DNA of 64,000 nt from Candidatus Poribacteria bacterium (GTDB lineage: Bacteria; Poribacteria; WGA-4E; WGA-3G): assembly GCA_965202725.1 (NCBI GenBank), contig OZ241845.1, forward strand, positions 1,834,621-1,898,620. The letters are read 5' to 3'. Under the pieces are notes generated by a model, which ran no database searches, had not been told where the DNA came from, and saw only the letters and a list, made by a program, of their open reading frames with translations. The position numbers and the translations under genes were made by a program. This document shows positions 19,491 through 30,164 of the stretch, piece after piece (the stretch's first letter is position 1; every line of letters starts with the position of its first letter).

Positions 19491-22400
19491 GTTTCAATTC
19501 CCTTCGAGCGGGAAAGTCTATTCAAAGGTAGTGATTGGCTGTGGTGATGAAGATATGATGGACAAAAAAGTTTTAATTCCCTTCGAGCGGGAAAGTCTAT
19601 TCAAAGGGAGCAGTGACATGTTTCTCTTCGCAGAGTGAGGCAGAGTTCCAATTCCCTTCGAGCGGGAAAGTCTATTCAAAGTAATCATCGCCATGGTCGT
19701 AGTAATGGGAGCTGTGGTAGATGTTTCAATTCCCTTCGAGCGGGAAAGTCTATTCAAAGAAGTACCACTCGAGGTACTCAGAGTGGCAACTTTCTGTGTT
19801 TCAATTCCCTTCGAGCGGGAAAGTCTATTCAAAGATATTGGAAACAAGGTTGGTGGGACTCGAGTCTAAGGAAACCTGGTTTCAATTCCCTTCGAGCGGG
19901 AAAGTCTATTCAAAGACTGGTTGCGGTGATGAGGATATCGACGGACAAAAAAGTTTTAATTCCCTTCGAGCGGGAAAGTCTATTCAAAGGCACTTGCTCT
20001 TTCCGGAGCCTGTGGTGGTTGATGGCAAGATGTGTTTCAATTCCCTTCGAGCGGGAAAGTCTATTCAAAGAGGTTGTGGTGAAGGAATTGAAACCCCCGT
20101 CTCTGTGTTTCAATTCCCCTCGAGCGGGAAAGTCTATTCAAAGATATTGGAAACAAGGTTGGTGGGACTCGAGTCTAAGGAAACCTGGTTTCAATTCCCT
20201 TCGAGCGGGAAAGTCTATTCAAAGTGGTCGTAGTAGTTGGTTGCGGTGATGAGGATCTAAACTTGTTTTAATTCCCTTCGAGCGGGAAAGTCTATTCAAA
20301 GGTTGATATAAATTATACTACATCATCAGTAAAAAGTCAAGTGGTTTCAATTCCCTTCGAGCGGGAAAGTCTATTCAAAGACCTCGGTTACGTCTCCTAC
20401 AGCAAAAACTACCGCCTCGGTTCCGGAGTTTCAATTCCCTTCGAGCGGGAAAGTCTATTCAAAGACAAAACATACAGTTCAACGACAATCGGGGCGCTGA
20501 ATATGTGTTTCAATTCCCTTCGAGCGGGAAAGTCTATTCAAAGAGGTTCAACTGGAAGCAATAGCCAGGATTATTGTTTCAATTCCCTTCGAGCGGGAAA
20601 GTCTATTCAAAGGCGGGTTAAGCCTCGGTATAACGGCGGGTCTTGTTTCCATTCCCTTCGAGCGGGAAAGTCTATTCAAAGTAAAAAAGGCCCCGCTAGG
20701 AGAAAAGAATTGTTGAAAAAGGTTTCAATTCCCTTCGAGCGGGAAAGTCTATTCAAAGGCGTTGGGACCAGATCATGTCAAAGAGATTGGCATGATCGGT
20801 TTCAATTCCCTTCGAGCGGGAAAGTCTATTCAAAGTATCATCCACCAGGGGAACTCGAATACATCCCCTTTTAGTTTCAATTCCCTTCGAGCGGGAAAGT
20901 CTATTCAAAGTTGGGACCAGATCATGTCAAAGAGATTGGCATGATCGGGTTTCAATTCCCTTCGAGCGGGAAAGTCTATTCAAAGGTCGAGACCGATTGC
21001 CAAAACCTGATCTCCTCTTTAGTTTCAATTCCCTTCGAGCGGGAAAGTCTATTCAAAGAAGGCAAGGGGGACACGGCTGTTGCCGTGCGTTTCAATTCCC
21101 TTCGAGCGGGAAAGTCTATTCAAAGGAAAAATTGAAACAGACGACCTCTCGCGGCGCCAGATTCGTTTCAATTCCCTTCGAGCGGGAAAGTCTATTCAAA
21201 GCATTCTCCAATCCAAAGTTCCCTATTGCGGCACTGGCAGTGTTTCAATTCCCTTCGAGCGGGAAAGTCTATTCAAAGCGCAAGGAGAAAAATTGAAACA
21301 GACGACCTCTCACGTTTCAATTCCCTTCGAGCGGGAAAGTCTATTCAAAGTTGAGAAGGTTGGGTGGGTGAGTCCTTAGCGGTACGTGTAGCGTTTCAAT
21401 TCCCTTCGAGCGGGAAAGTCTATTCAAAGACACCTCACGAAAACGAATTCTGCCACTGCTTTGTAGGTTTCAATTCCCTTCGAGCGGGAAAGTCTATTCA
21501 AAGTTAAGAAATACCACTTAGGGTGCGAAAACGGGCTCTACTAGTTTCAATTCCCTTCGAGCGGGAAAGTCTATTCAAAGTTTCTGATGAAGGAGAGGCT
21601 CAAAGAGATCCCACTCTGATGTTTCAATTCCCTTCGAGCGGGAAAGTCTATTCAAAGGAGGTCCGCGAGGATGCGGCAACCTTAGATCATGAGGTTTTGT
21701 TTCAATTCCCTTCGAGCGGGAAAGTCTATTCAAAGGGGGGAAGAGGAAACGTGCTGGAGATAAGCACACGCTCGTTTCAATTCCCTTCGAGCGGGAAAGT
21801 CTATTCAAAGGGGGGAAGAGGAAACGTGCTGGAGATAAGCACACGCTCGTTTCAATTCCCTTCGAGCGGGAAAGTCTATTCAAAGTGGACTCGTAATCGC
21901 CAAGCATATAGGAATTACACGTTTCAATTCCCTTCGAGCGGGAAAGTCTATTCAAAGTAGAATGCTTGTGTTTTCTGTGGTAGGCGGGACAGTTTCAATT
22001 CCCTTCAAGCGGGAAAGTCTATTCAAAGTCTGCACTGCGAAAAGAACCTCATCCAGGGGATAACAACGTTTCAATTCCCTTCGAGCGGGAAAGTCTATTC
22101 AAAGCAGAGGTTTTTCCGATTATGTCGCACACCGAGTGGTGCGAGTTTCAATTCCCTTCGAGCGGGAAAGTCTATTCAAAGTCTCTTACACCGCAGCGGT
22201 GAAAGAGATACAAGAGCTGCTAGAGAAGTTTCAATTCCCTTCGAGCGGGAAAGTCTATTCAAAGGATTTTTCGCTGGTCTCAAAGATGGCGGGAAACGGC
22301 ATGCGTTTCAATTCCCTTCGAGCGGGAAAGTCTATTCAAAGTTGAGTGGGTGGGGGAGATGCCCACTGAGGTGGGGGAGTTTCAATTCCCTTCGAGCGGG

Positions 22401-23962
22401 AAAGTCTATTCAAAGAAGGTTCAAAAAAATAAAAAAAAAGAGACCTGAGTAAGTGTTTCAATTCCCTTCGAGCGGGAAAGTCTATTCAAAGGAAACCAAA
22501 AGTGTTATCAAAGCGCGGGGGACGCCGGGTTGTTTCAATTCCCTTCGAGCGGGAAAGTCTATTCAAAGATTCAGGTCCAGTCTCAGCGGATACCAGGGCG
22601 CAAGGTGTTTCAATTCCCTTCGAGCGGGAAAGTCTATTCATCCCCATTCCGGAAGACTGGAAATCCCCATTCCGGAGATATGACTGGGAGCGCGATATTC
22701 TCGTGTTTCAATTCCCTTCGAGCGGGAAAGTCTATTCAAAGAAAATCATGAGGATGAAAATAATCGATGGTACGTTGTACCAGTTTCAATTCCCTTCGAG
22801 CGGGAAAGTCTATTCAAAGTTGTACACGAAAATAGCACGAGATTGGATCAAGGCGAAACGTTTCAATTCCCTTCGAGCGGGAAAGTCTATTCAAAGCACT
22901 AGGAGGAGAATTGAAAAAGATCTCATGTGGTGGCGTGTTTCAATTCCCTTCGAGCGGGAAAGTCTATTCAAAGTTCCTTGAGAAGAAGGTTGGGCAGGTT
23001 TTTTGCAGGTTTCAATTCCCTTCGAGCGGGAAAGTCTATTCAAAGTACAGAATAAAAATGAAAACCATCGATGGTACCTTGTACCATCCGTTTCAATTCC
23101 CTTCGAGCGGGAAAGTCTATTCAAAGGAGTGGGTGGGAGAGATGCCCACTGAGGTGAGGAATACCGAGGGTTTCAATTCCCTTCGAGCGGGAAAGTCTAT
23201 TCAAAGTGTCGGCACAAGGAAACTGGGTGTGGATGCCGTTAGTTTCAATTCCCTTCGAGCGGGAAAGTCTATTCAAAGACTTCTGGGAGTGGGCGGAACG
23301 GGTATGCACAACCAAACCAGAGTTTCAATTCCCTTCGAGCGGGAAAGTCTATTCAAAGGAGGAGGTTGTAATGACCATCAAAGAGGATTACAGGTTTCAA
23401 TTCCCTTCGAGCGGGAAAGTCTATTCAAAGGTTAGGTCTTTCACAGTTTTCACAGCATGGGCTCCACTGTTTCAATTCCCTTCGAGCGGGAAAGTCTATT
23501 CAAAGTAGTTACACAACTCTCAACAAGGGAGACCTGGGCATGTCTCGTTTCAATTCCCTTCGAGCGGGAAAGTCTATTCAAAGAGGTTGCCTCTGAGGAG
23601 ACTGATGAGATTGCTCTCGAAAGTTTCAATTCCCTTCGAGCGGGAAAGTCTATTCAAAGTGTCAATGAGTTAACCTTCGAGGAATTCACCAGGAAGTTTC
23701 AATTCCCTTCGAGCGGGAAAGTCTATTCAAAGGAATTGGGAAAAGAGAAGTCCAAAACTATTGTCAACAGTTTCAATTCCCTTCGAGCGGGAAAGTCTAT
23801 TCAAAGGAGTAAGAAAAGAGAGAAAGGCTTGCCACCCATAAAATGTTTCAATTCCCTTCGAGCGGGAAAGTCTATTCAAAGGTCTGAGGAAAGAATTCGC
23901 AAAGAAGAAATCAGAGCGAAAAATCGTTTCAATTCCCTTCGAGCGGGAAAGTCTATTCAAAG
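19491..23962 (-). CRISPR. CRISPR array 1: 59 repeats (37 nt; GTTTCAATTCCCTTCGAGCGGGAAAGTCTATTCAAAG on the plus strand) and 58 spacers of 35-50 nt
   Basis: Repeat starts were counted by hand at a period of about 74-78 bp. A few variant repeats occur (20107 cccct, 20645 gtttcc, 21992 ttcaag, and 22607 3'-degenerate). The transcribed orientation is inferred to be the minus strand: the reverse complement ends in ATTGAAAC after a TTCCC/GGGAA hairpin, the leader promoter is at 24196-24224, and the degenerate array lies at the low-coordinate side. Confidence 0.95.
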
Positions 23963-24195
23963 AGTCCCCATTTTAAGCCCAGTGAGGCCGTGGCTCCATA
24001 CACCCCAAACCAAACGAGAACTGCGCGGGGCTTTTTTCTTCCTAAAATTTACCCCCTAAAATCCCACGAACCCTTGTAAACATTGACCCAAACGGGAATG
24101 TTTAACAAAAAAACGTTTGAAGCAAGACATCATATGGGTTCCCGGTGATTTAAAACGCATTTGCACCCGATTGGAGAATCACGTTTGTATTTATA

Positions 24196-24224
24196 AGTAT
24201 ACCCTAAATTGGCGCATAAGTCAA
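24196..24224 (-). promoter_or_regulatory. Leader promoter for array 1 (A8, TTGACT-N17-TATACT, minus strand); leader runs about 23963-24188
   Basis: The minus strand reads aaaaaaaatTTGACT tatgcgccaatttaggg TATACT. It lies about 225 nt upstream of the first repeat. Confidence 0.55.
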
Positions 24225-24289
24225 ATTTTTTTTAAAGTAGGGGCATTTATAGTAGATGTCGGAATTTAGGGCTTACGCAGGCTGATCTT

Positions 24290-24760
24290 TTGTAGCACAT
24301 CCCCTTGTTTGCGGGGAGCAGGGGGGTTATGCATGCAGAACCCCTCGCCTGCGAGGCGCTGGGGCTATAAAGGAGGCACAGCTTAACAGGAAACTATGCT
24401 ACAAAGGAAGAAGACACAGCCTAACAGGCTATGCTACGAATACTGCACAGCCTAACAAATCAATTTGCCCCTGAGCTATCCCCTGCGGACTAGCCTAACA
24501 GGTTATGCTACAACTTAAAACACAGCCTAACAGGCTATGCTACAACTTAAAACACAGCCTAACAGGCTATGCTACGAATACTGCACAGCCTAACAGGCTA
24601 TGCTACGAATACTGCACAGCCTAACAGGCTATGCTACAAAAGACACAGACACAGCCTAACAAGCTATGGTACAGATGCACAGCCTAACAGGAAACTATGG
24701 TACAAAGAAGAAGCCCCCCGCTTGCGGGGGGGCCTTCCCCTTGCTTGCGGAGGCGTGGAC
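24290..24760. repeat. Repeat cluster between the array 1 leader and cas1
   Basis: About nine copies of CACAGCCTAACAGGCTATGCTAC, spaced 30-40 bp apart. They are flanked by GC-rich hairpins ('ccccttgtttgcggggagcagggggg' and 'gccccccgcttgcgggggggc ... ccccttgcttgcgg'). Confidence 0.8.
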
Positions 24761-24763
24761 CTT

Positions 24764-25756
24764 TTAGGCACGAATGAGGAAGGATTTGTATGCTGGCTCT
24801 TCACCTGTCACCACGCGAGCCAGATGCCTGACCTGTAGCTCAATCGAGCGGAGATAGGTCGTTTTCTCGTTGCGCGTCGGGTGTTGGAACGTCTGCTGCA
24901 TCCGCCCATGGTACCCTTTAAGGAATCGATCCAAAGCTGCCTTGGTGAAACGGATACCTTTGTTCGTCTGCTCGAAATCTTCCGGTTGCACTCGCTTGTG
25001 ATTGACAAGCGATAACACGTATCCATCTACAATAATCTGACGGAACTCTTCCATCAGGTCCGAGGCGAGGGCTGCATGTCCGTGCTTGGGTTGATGAAAG
25101 TAGCCGCAGTATGGATCGAACCCGACGACATGGGTGAAAGTGTAAACGTGGTTGTGTAAGAGGGTATAGCCGAGTGAAAGCATCGCGTTAATTGGGTCAG
25201 GTGGTGGTCGGAATTGTCGCGTTGTGAAGCCCCACTCGTGGCGTAGCAATTGTCGGAATGCCCGATAATAGGCGGCTGCGCCGGCCCCTTCGTATCCGAG
25301 CAGGGATTCCAAATTCTTCGCGCGGTCAAGTTTTTGCACGGTTTGCCGCACAGAACTGATTGCTGACTTAACCTCGGCGGTTTGGGTGCGTTGGCGTTGG
25401 CAAAATCGGGCAGCGTTTGTGAGTTTACCGCGAATAAAACATTTCGCCAACCCCAGGCAATACTTTGAATCTGCAGCAAGGGTGTACTGTTGTCGTCGAA
25501 TGCGTGTATCTTTGGCATAAGCCGGTTGGAGTTTCCCCTTGTATGTCCCCCGTGAGGAGAGAAAGGAGACGGGTATGTTTTTATCGAGCAGGTATCCCAT
25601 CGTCGGTGTTGTGATGTGTCCGTTGCCGAAAATGACGACCTCATCGAGCTGGACGATTGGGATTTCTTGAAGGACTTCGCGTTCTTTTTTTACGATAACT
25701 TGGTTGCCGGATTTGTGGAGCATTGCGCCTTGTTGGGTGATGTAAAGGATTGCCAT
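24764..25756 (-). CDS. cas1: CRISPR-associated endonuclease Cas1
   Basis: 330 aa. Typical N-terminal 'LYITQQGAMLHKSGNQVIV' and the conserved 'GFDPYxGxxH' acidic/His block. The gene sits next to the array leader. Confidence 0.9.
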   Translation of the reverse strand: MAILYITQQGAMLHKSGNQVIVKKEREVLQEIPIVQLDEVVIFGNGHITTPTMGYLLDKNIPVSFLSSRGTYKGKLQPAYAKDTRIRRQQYTLAADSKYCLGLAKCFIRGKLTNAARFCQRQRTQTAEVKSAISSVRQTVQKLDRAKNLESLLGYEGAGAAAYYRAFRQLLRHEWGFTTRQFRPPPDPINAMLSLGYTLLHNHVYTFTHVVGFDPYCGYFHQPKHGHAALASDLMEEFRQIIVDGYVLSLVNHKRVQPEDFEQTNKGIRFTKAALDRFLKGYHGRMQQTFQHPTRNEKTTYLRSIELQVRHLARVVTGEEPAYKSFLIRA

Positions 25757-25799
25757 TTAATGCCTCCGATGTCATGTAAGTTTGATTTTTAAAGGTTGT

Positions 25800-25975
25800 T
25801 ACACAGGTTTTTAGCATCCCCCCTGCTTGCGGGGGGGCAGGGGGGGTCTCCCCTTGCTTGCGGGCTGCAGGTTTTTAGCATCCCCCCTGCTTGCGGGGGG
25901 CAGGGGGGGGGTATCCCCTTACTTGCGGGGAGGCGGTTGTGCCACAGCAGATGCACAGCCTAACAGGCTATGCTA
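25800..25975. repeat. GC-rich hairpin repeats and one dispersed-repeat copy between cas1 and the RT gene
   Basis: A direct duplication of about 65 bp. Each copy contains 'tttttagcatcccccctgcttgcgggggggcagggggg', an inverted repeat cccccctgc / gcagggggg. Then comes 'cacagcctaacaggctatgctac'. Confidence 0.7.
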
Positions 25976-27355
25976 CGAATGTTTTAAACGTTTGCTAAAT
26001 CGTGTGGCGATGTTTTTGCCTCGCTGTGTTACAAGTTTGCCTGAGCGTACGACGTGTGATGTGCCGTTTTTCAGGGCTTGCTGGATGTGGTTTTGTAAGC
26101 CCGCTGCCCGTGAGTCGGGAACGGGTCGGTAGCAGCCGTCGCTATCAAAGATGTGTCCGAGGAATTCAACCCCGGTGTCGAAGTGCGCGATTTGGGTCTT
26201 TTTGGGATTGACAGCTAACTTCAGCCGCCCGAGGTGTTTCTGGGCGTACTCACAGGCGTGCTGTGCTCTGCCTTCACTTCGGCAAAGGAGGAGCAGGTCG
26301 TCTGCGTATCGGACGAGCCGCATTCCTGATCGCGTCATCGCCTTATCGAACGGATGCAGATAGATATTCGCGAACAGGGGCGAGAGGGGCGAGCCTTGGA
26401 GAATTCCGATTTTCCGAGGACGGTTCATCCGCTCCTTCACGATGCTGCCTACAGTCGGTGCAGCCAGTGCAGCGACTACCAACGGGGCAGCGATGAGCAG
26501 GTGCTTCGCTGCAAGCGGTTTCCACAACCGTTTGGCGTTGGCAAGGAGTAGCAGCAGCCCATCTCTCCCTAAGTTCGTCAACAGCTCTTTTCCTGTTGGG
26601 GTTAAGTGACCATCCGTTGTGGCAATTTCGGATGCGTCAACATCCCAGTCGTCTTCTGTAAGTGCGTTCTCATATTCGCTATAATGCCCAGCATCTGGCG
26701 TGCGATGCAGTATTTGGTTAATCACGTTCTCAACACCTTCACCGATATGATGCACCGTGTTTTCGAGATGCGTGCCCCATGTCGGGAATTTGGGGGGTTG
26801 TAGAACGCCGCCCATATCCAGCCACATCTGGATGAGCCGAATAATCGCGGGTTCTTTCAGGGATGCCCGCAGAAACCGCATCAGGATGTGCGTATCCATT
26901 TCATCAAAGAAGTTCTCAATATCGGCATGAACGACCCATTCGTAGCCTTCTGATCGGATCGCGGCGACTTGCGCGATTGCATGCGGCACCCCACGGTTGG
27001 GGCGATACGCGAAACTACACGCCAGAAATTTTGCCTCGTAGATCGGTGAGATGAGATCACAAACGGCACGCTGCACAATCCGATCTTTTAAGGTTAGCAC
27101 TGAGAGTTCTCGCGTACTCCCGTTGGATTTCTGCAGTGTGAATTTTTGAACAGGGAGTGGGTAATACCGCTCTTCGGCAAGCTCACGTGAGAGTTGACGG
27201 AGATGTTTCGCGAGGTTTGCCTCGAACTGTTGAAGGGTGACACCATCGCTACCGGGACCGCTCTTGTTGCTGCGGACCTTCCGCCATGCGGCATGTAGGG
27301 TTTCGGGTTGACAGAGTTGTGTGGAGAGTGAAATACTTGGTGTACAATTAAGCAC
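25973..27355 (-). CDS. Stand-alone CRISPR-associated reverse transcriptase (group-II-intron-like RT)
   Basis: RT domain 0 'LHAAWRKVRSNKSGPGSDGVT', domain 2 'FAYRPNRGVPHA', and YADD box 'LVRYADDLLLLC'. A large insertion separates the fingers from the palm. Start assigned to GTG at 27355 with AGGAGG 6 nt upstream. The ORF tool's extra 11 N-terminal codons would be encoded by the RBS. Confidence 0.85.
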   Translation of the reverse strand: MLNCTPSISLSTQLCQPETLHAAWRKVRSNKSGPGSDGVTLQQFEANLAKHLRQLSRELAEERYYPLPVQKFTLQKSNGSTRELSVLTLKDRIVQRAVCDLISPIYEAKFLACSFAYRPNRGVPHAIAQVAAIRSEGYEWVVHADIENFFDEMDTHILMRFLRASLKEPAIIRLIQMWLDMGGVLQPPKFPTWGTHLENTVHHIGEGVENVINQILHRTPDAGHYSEYENALTEDDWDVDASEIATTDGHLTPTGKELLTNLGRDGLLLLLANAKRLWKPLAAKHLLIAAPLVVAALAAPTVGSIVKERMNRPRKIGILQGSPLSPLFANIYLHPFDKAMTRSGMRLVRYADDLLLLCRSEGRAQHACEYAQKHLGRLKLAVNPKKTQIAHFDTGVEFLGHIFDSDGCYRPVPDSRAAGLQNHIQQALKNGTSHVVRSGKLVTQRGKNIATRFSKRLKHS

Positions 27356-27394
27356 GAATGTCCTCCTGGTTATTACAGGCAACGGCACGGGCTC

Positions 27395-28690
27395 CTGATA
27401 GGAAACTATGCTATAGCAGATGCACAGCCTAACAGGAAAACACGCTACAAAAAGACACAGACACAGCCTAACAAGCTATGCTACAGAAGATGCACAGCCT
27501 AACAGGCTATGCTACGAAATAGGTTATGCTACGAAATAGGTTATGCTATAGAAGTGGCACAGCCTGACAGGCTATGCTACGAAATAGGCTATGGTACAGA
27601 AGAGTGACCTGTGTGAATTAAGTGGAACTGTTTTGGGATGATTGAAAAAGGTACATGACATTGATTAGACGTTTGTATAGAGTCTGCAAGGAATGAAAAG
27701 GATAGTAAAAAATTTAAAAGGATGGTAGCATAGCCTGTTAGGCTGTGCCTTAGGATGTCCTGGTAGCATAGCCTGTTAGGCTGTGCCTTAGTTGTAGCAT
27801 AGTTTGTTGTAGCATAGCCTGTTAGGCTGTGTCTTAGCCCGTCAGCTGAGTGTGTATTTTTTCGTAGCATAGCCTGTTAGGCTGTGTCTTAGGATGTCCT
27901 GGTAGCATAGCCTGTTAGGCTGTGTCTTAGCCCGTCAGCTGAGTGTGTATTTTTTCGTAGCATAGCCTGTTAGGCTGTGTCTTAGGATGTCCTGGTAGCA
28001 TAGCCTGTTAGGCTGTGCCTTAGCCCGTCAGCTGAGTGTGTATTTTTTCGTAGCATAGCCTGTTAGGCTGTGTCTTAGGATGTCCTGGTAGCATAGCCTG
28101 TTAGGCTGTGTCTTAGCCCGTCAGCTGAGTGTGTATTTTTTCGTAGCATAGCCTGTTAGGCTGTGTCTTAGGATGTCCTGGTAGCATAGCCTGTTAGGCT
28201 GTGCCTTAGGATGTCCTGGTAGCATAGCCTGTTAGGCTGTGTCTTAGGATGTCCTGGTAGCATAGCCTGTTAGGCTGTGTCTTAGGATGTCCTGGTAGCA
28301 TAGCCTGTTAGGCTGTGCCTTAGTTGTAGCATAGTTTGTTGTAGCCTGGTTTCCTGTTAGGCTGTGCCTTAGCTCGTCAGCTGAGTGTGTATTTTTTCGT
28401 AGCATAGCCTGTTAGGCTGTGTCTTAGGATGTCCTGGTAGCATAGCCTATTAGGCTGTGCCTTAGTTGTAGCATAGTTTGTTGTAGCATAGCCTGTTAGG
28501 CTGTGCCTTAGGATGTCCTGGTAGCATAGCCTGTTAGGCTGTGTCTTTTTGTAGCCTAGTTTCCTGTCAGGCTCTGCCTTAGCCCGACTGCTTTAACGGA
28601 TCACATCTCATTAAGACAAGTCTTGTGATTAAGACCGTGATGCACAGCCTGACAGGCTATGCTACGAAACAGGCCATGCTACAACAGAGG
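27395..28690. repeat. Large tandem cluster of the dispersed hairpin repeat (about 35 copies) between the RT and SWIM genes
   Basis: 27395-27610 is in CACAGCCTAACAGGCTATGCTAC orientation. 27720-28690 is in the opposite orientation, with perfect 38-bp periodic units 'ggtagcatagcctgttaggctgtgtcttaggatgtcct' and about 80-bp higher-order units. The linkers are themselves repeated, so this is not a CRISPR array. Confidence 0.85.
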
Positions 28691-28693
28691 GCA

Positions 28694-30163
28694 TTAAATG
28701 TCGGCGATGATTCGTAGCAGCAGTCTCTTGCGGGAATGTTGCTTGCGGAAATGCGTCAGATAAGCAACCCACTGATCTTCCTTATTAAGATGCTGATAGA
28801 GTTGCTTCAAGTCAATTAAGTACCGCTGAGCCCTCTCGTAACCCTCTTGCTTTCGAGAGAGGACGATCTGTTCAATGCATTTTTGATAGAGAACGATAGT
28901 CGTCCCTGACACATGATGTCTGAGGACGCTAAACAATTTTTCAGTGAATCCTGACATACGTTTTGCGATGGGACTCTGTAAGAGGTGCCAGTATTCGTCA
29001 ACAGCGAGGGGCAATTCTGCAACGGCTTTCCACGCGGCATCGTCGCGCTGCTGGGTAAAGAGGGCGTGTATGAACCGATAGTTTTCGCCCTCGGCTTGCG
29101 AAAAACGGAGATACTCTTCGGCCCTATTCGCCTGATCATATAAGGCAAGTAGCAGGCGAACATGCGCTTGGCGATCTGGGCTTCCATCGAGGTGTTGTTC
29201 AAGCGTTGTTTGTAAACTCCCTATTTCTTGCGTGGGGCAGAGCTGTTCAAGGAGACGAGTCAGGGGTAACGTAAAAATCGGCTCTCCATCGAAACTGAGC
29301 TGCAATAGCATTCGGCAGTGTTCAAGGGTCTCGGGGGGTTGCTGGACATTCATGGCGACTCGCGCGAACGTTTTTGTGCATTTATTGACGAATCTCGGTA
29401 ATTCACCCCTCTGGAGCGTGTCGGGGGAACGAACAACGGATTGACGGATGAGGGCGTGCAGAATTATCAGCGCGAACTCCGATTCACCCAGCTGCAGAAG
29501 GGACTCGGCATGATGCCGCAGTTTTTCCAGCTGAACGAGAACGTTACGCAGCTGGTGCTGTTCAAGAAAATCCCGTCCAAAAATACGGTCAACGCGTTCA
29601 CTATAGACCTCAACGGTAGCGGGAAGTGTTGCTTTGTGTGCGGTTGTTCTACTGTCTACATCCACCTGATCTAGCATATCTGCATAAGCAGATTGTGATC
29701 CGAAACGGCTTGCATGATCGCAGAAGTCTACATCCACCTGATCTGGCATATCTGCATAAGTCAACACGACTGGCACTAACCTTGGCGTTCGTTTCAACAA
29801 TTCTGAGATAATTTGTAGAAGGCTACGCTTCGGTTTCTCAGCAAGCCTGGTGAGTAAGGCATCCATGTCACAGATTCCCTCTGGTTCATGGGCGTAGGTT
29901 AGCAGGAGCGCGACGATGTGTTTACAATCTCCTCCCCAATCATAAGGGCAGGAACACTCAGCAGCGGCGATCCCTGTCGGCATCAACGCTACAGAAACCT
30001 GATATGGGGCTCGGGCTGTCCCCTGGCACGTTGCGGACAGCGTCCAGCCGTGACAGACCGGGTTACCGATCGCGCCGGCGTGAAAGTATGCTAAGCCTCG
30101 CCTGAAGCTCTGGTCTGTACAGCGAGATCGAACCTGATCGGAGGTTAGGTTTGGAAGTTGCAT
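28694..30163 (-). CDS. SWIM zinc-finger domain protein, translationally coupled to cas2
   Basis: About 490 aa. SWIM CxCxnCxH signature 'CSCPYDWGGDCKHIVALLL' at about residues 73-91. The rest is mostly helical. There is an internal 13-aa tandem duplication 'YADM(P/L)DQVDVD'. The minus-strand context TGA-t-ATG with the cas2 stop shows coupling. Confidence 0.6.
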   Translation of the reverse strand: MQLPNLTSDQVRSRCTDQSFRRGLAYFHAGAIGNPVCHGWTLSATCQGTARAPYQVSVALMPTGIAAAECSCPYDWGGDCKHIVALLLTYAHEPEGICDMDALLTRLAEKPKRSLLQIISELLKRTPRLVPVVLTYADMPDQVDVDFCDHASRFGSQSAYADMLDQVDVDSRTTAHKATLPATVEVYSERVDRIFGRDFLEQHQLRNVLVQLEKLRHHAESLLQLGESEFALIILHALIRQSVVRSPDTLQRGELPRFVNKCTKTFARVAMNVQQPPETLEHCRMLLQLSFDGEPIFTLPLTRLLEQLCPTQEIGSLQTTLEQHLDGSPDRQAHVRLLLALYDQANRAEEYLRFSQAEGENYRFIHALFTQQRDDAAWKAVAELPLAVDEYWHLLQSPIAKRMSGFTEKLFSVLRHHVSGTTIVLYQKCIEQIVLSRKQEGYERAQRYLIDLKQLYQHLNKEDQWVAYLTHFRKQHSRKRLLLRIIADI

Positions 30164-30164
30164 A

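Noticed and set aside
19528-23925. Self-targeting spacers matching elsewhere in this window.
   Set aside because: I compared several spacers by eye against the rest of the window and saw no matches. This is not exhaustive and needs a computational search.
19518-24059. Numerous ORFs of 60-200 aa on both strands inside array 1, for example 19635-20249, 20341-20874, 22911-23435 and 23457-24059.
   Set aside because: They are translations of the 37-nt repeat in its three frames (FNSLRAGKSIQ, FQFPSSGKVYSK, VSIPFERESLFK, and NRLSRSKGIET on the other strand). They are not genes.
23963-24290. Whether the leader of array 1 is at the 19491 end, because a conserved 70-bp element precedes that end in both arrays.
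   Set aside because: The near-consensus promoter is at 24196-24224 pointing into the array. The degenerate array lies beyond the 19491 end. The minus-strand repeat ends in the canonical ATTGAAAC tag. The 70-bp element is therefore a trailer, not a leader.
27720-28690. Possible third CRISPR array: a regular 23-bp repeat with short intervening sequences. Similar clusters lie at 12873-13095, 24375-24700 and 30670-30990.
   Set aside because: The intervening sequences are themselves repeated (tcttaggatgtcctg, ccttagcccgtcagctgagtgtgtattttttc, and others) with strict 38- and 80-bp periodicity, and the repeat unit is too short. This is minisatellite-like tandem repetition of a dispersed element, not unique spacers.
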